Source: an uncultured archaeon (lineage in GTDB: Archaea; Asgardarchaeota; Lokiarchaeia; Sigyniarchaeales; SOKP01). Taken from it: a DNA stretch of 21,607 nt. The position numbers and the translations under genes were made by a program. The stretch lies in the NCBI GenBank assembly GCA_964525635.1, contig CAZGJX010000077.1, positions 1-21,607 of the forward strand, given 5' to 3'. The notes below the pieces were generated by a model. The model was not told the origin of the DNA. It saw nothing but the letters and a program-made list of their open reading frames with translations, and did no database searches. Positions 17,075 to 21,607 of the stretch are shown here, one piece after another; position 1 is the first letter of the stretch, and each line of letters opens with the position of its first letter.

Positions 17075-20000
17075 TTACCAATATATTTCTTCTAAAGTTT
17101 CATGGTATTCATTAAGTGATTTAATTGATGGTTCCTTTCTTCTAATATTTTCGATAGCATTAATTAAAGCTTTTGCAAATTCTAAATTTATAATTACAGG
17201 AATATTATAATCCACAGCTATTCGTCTAATTTTATACTCATCTTCAATAATAGTCCTAAATTTTTCTTTAATTGTTGTAGCTTGTGGAATATTAACAACT
17301 AAATCTATTGCTGCATTTTGAAGACATCCAATAATATTAGGCTCTTGTCCATATTCATGAACTTTATAAAGTCGAACAGCATATATTCCATTTTCTCTGA
17401 GTACAGCTGCAGTATCTTCAGTTGCGAAGATAGTAAATCCTAACTCTTTTAATTTCAATGCTAAAGGTATAACTTGTTTTTTTAATTCTTCCCCACCAAC
17501 AGAAATAAGAACATTTCCACCCGATAAAGGAATTTTCTGCTCTGTAGCTTCTAAGGCTTTAACTAATGCATCAGAGAAATCATCTCCAATACATGCAACC
17601 TCTCCTGTGGAAGCCATTTCTACACCTAAGACAGGATCAGCTTTATCAAGCCTAGCGAATGAGAACATTGGAGTTTTTACAGATACATAATTCCCATAAG
17701 GTAAATTTAAAAGCTTTTCAGAAATCTTTTTTCCTAAAAATACTTCAGCAGCAAGTCTCATTAAATTAATACCCCTTGTCTTTGAGACATAGGGCATACT
17801 TCGACTTGATCTTAAATTACATTCTATTACAAAGACTTCTTTATCTTTTATTAAGTATTGAACATTAAAAGGACCTCTAATTTTTAATGCTAAAGCTATT
17901 TCTTTTGTATATTTCTCAATTATTTGTATGACTTCATTTGATATTGTTTGTGGGGGAATAACCATATTCGCATCTCCACTATGAATTCCAGCATTTTCAA
18001 TATGCTCAATAATTGCTCCAATAAAAACATCGGTTCCATCACAAACACCATCCGCTTCGATTTCTCTTGCATTAGTAAAGAATTTGGTAATTACAACAGG
18101 GTATTGAGTTGAGATAGAAGCTGCTAGATCAAGTGTATCTTTCAATGTCTTTTCATCATATGAAACTCTCATTGCAGCTCCACTTAGTACATATGAAGGT
18201 CTAACTAATACGGGATAACTTACTTTTTCTGCAAATTTTAGTGCGTCTTTTTCAGTAGTTAATGTAGCCCATTGAGGTTGTCTTATATTTAATTGATCTA
18301 ATAAATAACTAAACTTGGATCGGTCCTCTGCTATATCTATACGGCTTCCATGAGTACCCAATATATTAATATTTGTCTTCCTAAAAAATTCATTATATTT
18401 TGAAAATTTAGCGGCGAGGTTTTGGGCAATTTGTCCACCTACTGATACAACTACACCCTCAGCTTTTTCGAGTTCACATATGTCCAATACTCTTTCTCCA
18501 GAGAGTTCCTCGAAGTAGAGCTTATCACAAATATCATAATCTGTACTTAACGTCTCAGGATTATAATTTATCATAATAGCTTGATCAACACCTAAATTCT
18601 TTAATCCCCATAAACAATTAACTGATCCCCAATCAAATTCTACAGAAGCACCTATACGATATGTCCCAGAACCTAAAACAATGAATTTTCTTAGGTTTTC
18701 TTGATTTTCACGCTGGAAATCAATATCATGTTCAGAAGCGGCATATGTTAAATATAAATAATTAGTTATAGCAGGCCATTCTGCTGCTAGAGTATCAATC
18801 CTTTTTACAAAAGGTTTAATTTGATACTTTCTTTTTAATATTCTTCTGGTTGTTATAGCATCTATACTAATTATTTTAGCAATTTGTCCATCAGAAAATC
18901 CAAATCTTTTTGCCCTTTCGAATAAGTAATGTTTAATATCGTCATCTTCCTCTAAAAAGTTAATTTTTGATAATTGTTCTTCAATTTCAATAATATTATT
19001 AATTTTATATAGAAACCATTTATCAACTCGAGAGAGACGATATATTTCATCGATAGAAATCCCCCTTTTTATTGCTTCAACAATTCTAAATACTCTTAAA
19101 TCAGTAGGATTTTTAAGTTGATATTTTAATTCATTTAAATCTTCAATTGGATCTAAATTGTTAGCAACGACACCTTTCATTCCTATATCAAGCATTCTTA
19201 TTGCTTTTTGAAGAACTTCTTCAAAAGTCCTTCCTATTGCCATTACTTCTCCAACACTTTTCATTTGACTACTAATATGTCTATCAACACGTTGGAATTT
19301 TGTCATATCCCATCTTGGGATTTTTAAAACAAGATAATCCAGTGCTGGTTCAAAGCAAGCAGTTGTTATTCCAGTAATTTTATTTTTCAATTCTGGTAAA
19401 TTATAACCTATTGCTAATTTTGCCGCAATATATGCTAGTGGATACCCAGTTGCTTTAGAAGCTAAAGCAGATGATCTTGATAATCTTGCATTTACTTCAA
19501 TTACTCGAAATTCTTTAGATCTAGGATCCAGAGCATATTGTATATTACACTCTCCAATAATACCTAAATTTCGAATAACCCTAATTGAGGCAGAACGAAG
19601 CATATGATATTCTTCATTTGTTAGAGTTTGAGAAGGAGCAACAACTATACTTTCACCAGTATGAATTCCACAAGGATCAAAATTCTCCATATTACAATTT
19701 ATAAAACAATTGTCGGCAGCATCTCGAACAACTTCATATTCAATTTCTTTCCAACCCCAAACACTTTCCTCAATTAATATTTGATGAATTCTTGATTGAG
19801 CCAATCCTCGTCGTGCCATTTTTTCAAATTCATTAATATTATTTGCTATTCCAGATCCTCTTCCGCCTAAAGTGTAAGCTACTCGTATCATTAAAGGAAA
19901 TCCAAATTCATTAGCCGCCTTAATAGCTTCTTTATATGATGTGACCGCTTTACTTCTGCATACAGGAGCCTTAGAAGCGTCCATTGCTTGAACAAATAAA

Positions 20001-20389
20001 TTCCTATCTTCAGTAGCCTGAATTGCTTCAATTGGAGTCCCCAAAACACGAATATTATATTTATCTAAAATGCCTTCTTCAGCAAGTTCTACTCCAACAT
20101 TAAGTGCAGTTTGACCTCCAAATGCTAATAAAATTCCATCTGGTCGTTCCTTCGCAATAATTTTTTCAACATACTTCACATTAATAGGTAAAAGATATAC
20201 TCTATCGGATAATTCGGGATCAGTTTGAATTGTAGCGATATTTGGATTAATAAGAATTGTTTCAATACCTTCTTCCTTTAAGGCTTTAAGAACTTGAGAG
20301 CCAGAATAATCAAATTCTCCTGCTTGACCAATTCGAATACCTCCTGAACCCAAAACTAAAGCTTTTTTAATTGTCTTATCTAAGGGCAT
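17075..20389 (-). CDS. carB: Carbamoyl-phosphate synthase large subunit, canonical copy (1104 aa)
   Basis: Same motifs as the other copy, plus the canonical IDTLAAEWP and TTACFEPALDY. Start reassigned from 20422 to ATG 20389 (MPLDKT, matching the paralog; SD upstream; removes the overlap with carA). Confidence 0.96.
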   Translation of the reverse strand: MPLDKTIKKALVLGSGGIRIGQAGEFDYSGSQVLKALKEEGIETILINPNIATIQTDPELSDRVYLLPINVKYVEKIIAKERPDGILLAFGGQTALNVGVELAEEGILDKYNIRVLGTPIEAIQATEDRNLFVQAMDASKAPVCRSKAVTSYKEAIKAANEFGFPLMIRVAYTLGGRGSGIANNINEFEKMARRGLAQSRIHQILIEESVWGWKEIEYEVVRDAADNCFINCNMENFDPCGIHTGESIVVAPSQTLTNEEYHMLRSASIRVIRNLGIIGECNIQYALDPRSKEFRVIEVNARLSRSSALASKATGYPLAYIAAKLAIGYNLPELKNKITGITTACFEPALDYLVLKIPRWDMTKFQRVDRHISSQMKSVGEVMAIGRTFEEVLQKAIRMLDIGMKGVVANNLDPIEDLNELKYQLKNPTDLRVFRIVEAIKRGISIDEIYRLSRVDKWFLYKINNIIEIEEQLSKINFLEEDDDIKHYLFERAKRFGFSDGQIAKIISIDAITTRRILKRKYQIKPFVKRIDTLAAEWPAITNYLYLTYAASEHDIDFQRENQENLRKFIVLGSGTYRIGASVEFDWGSVNCLWGLKNLGVDQAIMINYNPETLSTDYDICDKLYFEELSGERVLDICELEKAEGVVVSVGGQIAQNLAAKFSKYNEFFRKTNINILGTHGSRIDIAEDRSKFSYLLDQLNIRQPQWATLTTEKDALKFAEKVSYPVLVRPSYVLSGAAMRVSYDEKTLKDTLDLAASISTQYPVVITKFFTNAREIEADGVCDGTDVFIGAIIEHIENAGIHSGDANMVIPPQTISNEVIQIIEKYTKEIALALKIRGPFNVQYLIKDKEVFVIECNLRSSRSMPYVSKTRGINLMRLAAEVFLGKKISEKLLNLPYGNYVSVKTPMFSFARLDKADPVLGVEMASTGEVACIGDDFSDALVKALEATEQKIPLSGGNVLISVGGEELKKQVIPLALKLKELGFTIFATEDTAAVLRENGIYAVRLYKVHEYGQEPNIIGCLQNAAIDLVVNIPQATTIKEKFRTIIEDEYKIRRIAVDYNIPVIINLEFAKALINAIENIRRKEPSIKSLNEYHETLEEIYW

Positions 20390-20390
20390 C

Positions 20391-21524
20391 TTAAATCTCC
20401 ATAAGTTGTATAAATTTATCAAATAAATATATAGAATCTATTGGACCAGGGGCTGCCTCTGGATGGAATTGAACTGCAAAAATAGGTTTTTTTTCATGAA
20501 TTATCCCTTCATTTGAATTATCATCTATATTTTTAAGGAATTCTTTAAATCCCCCTTTTTCAAAATCTTTGACACAGAAACCATGATTTTGAGGTGTAAT
20601 ATAACATTTATGAGTATCTATATTAATAACTGTTTTATTTCCCCCTCTATGTCCATATTTTAATTTATAAGACATACCTCCAGCTGCTAAGCCAATTATT
20701 TGATTTCCTAAACAAATTCCGAAAGTTGGAATGCTATTTTCAATTAATTGTTTGCAAACATTAATTGCATTTGTATATACTTTAGGATCTCCCGGACCAT
20801 TGGAAATAAATACCCCATTAGGATTCAAATCCATTATTTGGTTATAGGTATAATTATAAGGTACAAGAATTACCTCTAAATTTCTATTTAAAAAATTTCT
20901 TAAAATGTTATACTTTACACCTAAATCCAGAATAACTACTCTTCCTCTTGGATTAGAAGGAATATATTTTTTTATTCCTTTTGTTGAGACTTCACTAGCT
21001 AAATATCGAAGGTTAGGATCTTCAGCTTCCTTAACAATTTTTCTTAATTCTTCAATATTAGGTTTTTCACCTGAATTATAAACAGCTAACAATCCAACTT
21101 GAACTCCTTCTTCTCTTAAGATTTTCGTTATAGCTCGAGTATCTATCCATTCAATCCCAGGAATATCCTGTTCCAATAAAAATTCATCTAATGTTTTAAC
21201 ACTTTCATAATGACTGGGGTGTTTACAACATTCATTAACAACAAATCCACTTACTTTAATAGAATCAGATTCAAAATATTTAATAAGACCAAATTCATCT
21301 TTTTCCCATGGAGGAACTCCATAATTTCCAACAAGAGGATGAGTCATTACTACAATTTGTCCTTGATAGGATGGATCCGTTAAAGTTTCATTATAACCAG
21401 CACCTGTTATGGTATTAAAAACAAGTTCACCAGTAACAACTTTAGATGCTCCAAAACCAATTCCTTGGAAATATCTTCCATCTTGAAGCATTAATATAGC
21501 GGGTTTTTCGTTTTTATATTGCAT
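20391..21524 (-). CDS. carA: Carbamoyl-phosphate synthase small (glutaminase) subunit, intact
   Basis: LTDPSYQGQI, ISNGPGDP, FGIC(271)LGNQ, GHRGGN, QNHGF, QFH(354)PE(356): complete Cys-His-Glu triad. Confidence 0.96.
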   Translation of the reverse strand: MQYKNEKPAILMLQDGRYFQGIGFGASKVVTGELVFNTITGAGYNETLTDPSYQGQIVVMTHPLVGNYGVPPWEKDEFGLIKYFESDSIKVSGFVVNECCKHPSHYESVKTLDEFLLEQDIPGIEWIDTRAITKILREEGVQVGLLAVYNSGEKPNIEELRKIVKEAEDPNLRYLASEVSTKGIKKYIPSNPRGRVVILDLGVKYNILRNFLNRNLEVILVPYNYTYNQIMDLNPNGVFISNGPGDPKVYTNAINVCKQLIENSIPTFGICLGNQIIGLAAGGMSYKLKYGHRGGNKTVINIDTHKCYITPQNHGFCVKDFEKGGFKEFLKNIDDNSNEGIIHEKKPIFAVQFHPEAAPGPIDSIYLFDKFIQLMEI

Positions 21525-21607
21525 TTAAATTAAATAACTTTTATCTCTTATCACTTATATGGATTAAACAAAGATATCTAATATTTTTTTTTAAAATAAT
21601 TTATTAA

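Noticed and set aside
20390-20422. N-terminal extension MINLYNLWRFK of carB
   Set aside because: Overlaps carA. The paralog alignment and SD position support ATG 20389.

Overview
Very AT-rich chromosomal window that looks archaeal, most likely Asgard (Lokiarchaeia/Promethearchaeota-like). This is an inference from TPR-longin and membrane-anchored longin proteins, TATA-type promoters and oligo-T terminators. Left to right: (1) a >691-aa hypothetical gene on the minus strand that runs off the left edge and is missing from the ORF track; (2) a small acidic hypothetical; (3) a bacterial-type branched-chain aminotransferase (ilvE) preceded by an unannotated Val/Leu/Ile/Ala-rich leader peptide and mutually exclusive RNA helices with a U-tract, i.e. 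an attenuator-like 5' leader; (4) two tandem TPR + longin-like paralogs; (5) an 85-aa hypothetical; (6) a membrane-anchored surface protein (7 beta-propeller repeats, 2 Ig-like domains, TM, cytoplasmic longin-like domain); (7) two tandem carAB operons. In one carAB copy the small subunit has lost its glutaminase catalytic residues (C>G, H>N, E>D) while its large subunit keeps the synthetase motifs, suggesting an ammonia-dependent CPS. No rRNA, tRNA, CRISPR array or mobile element was seen.
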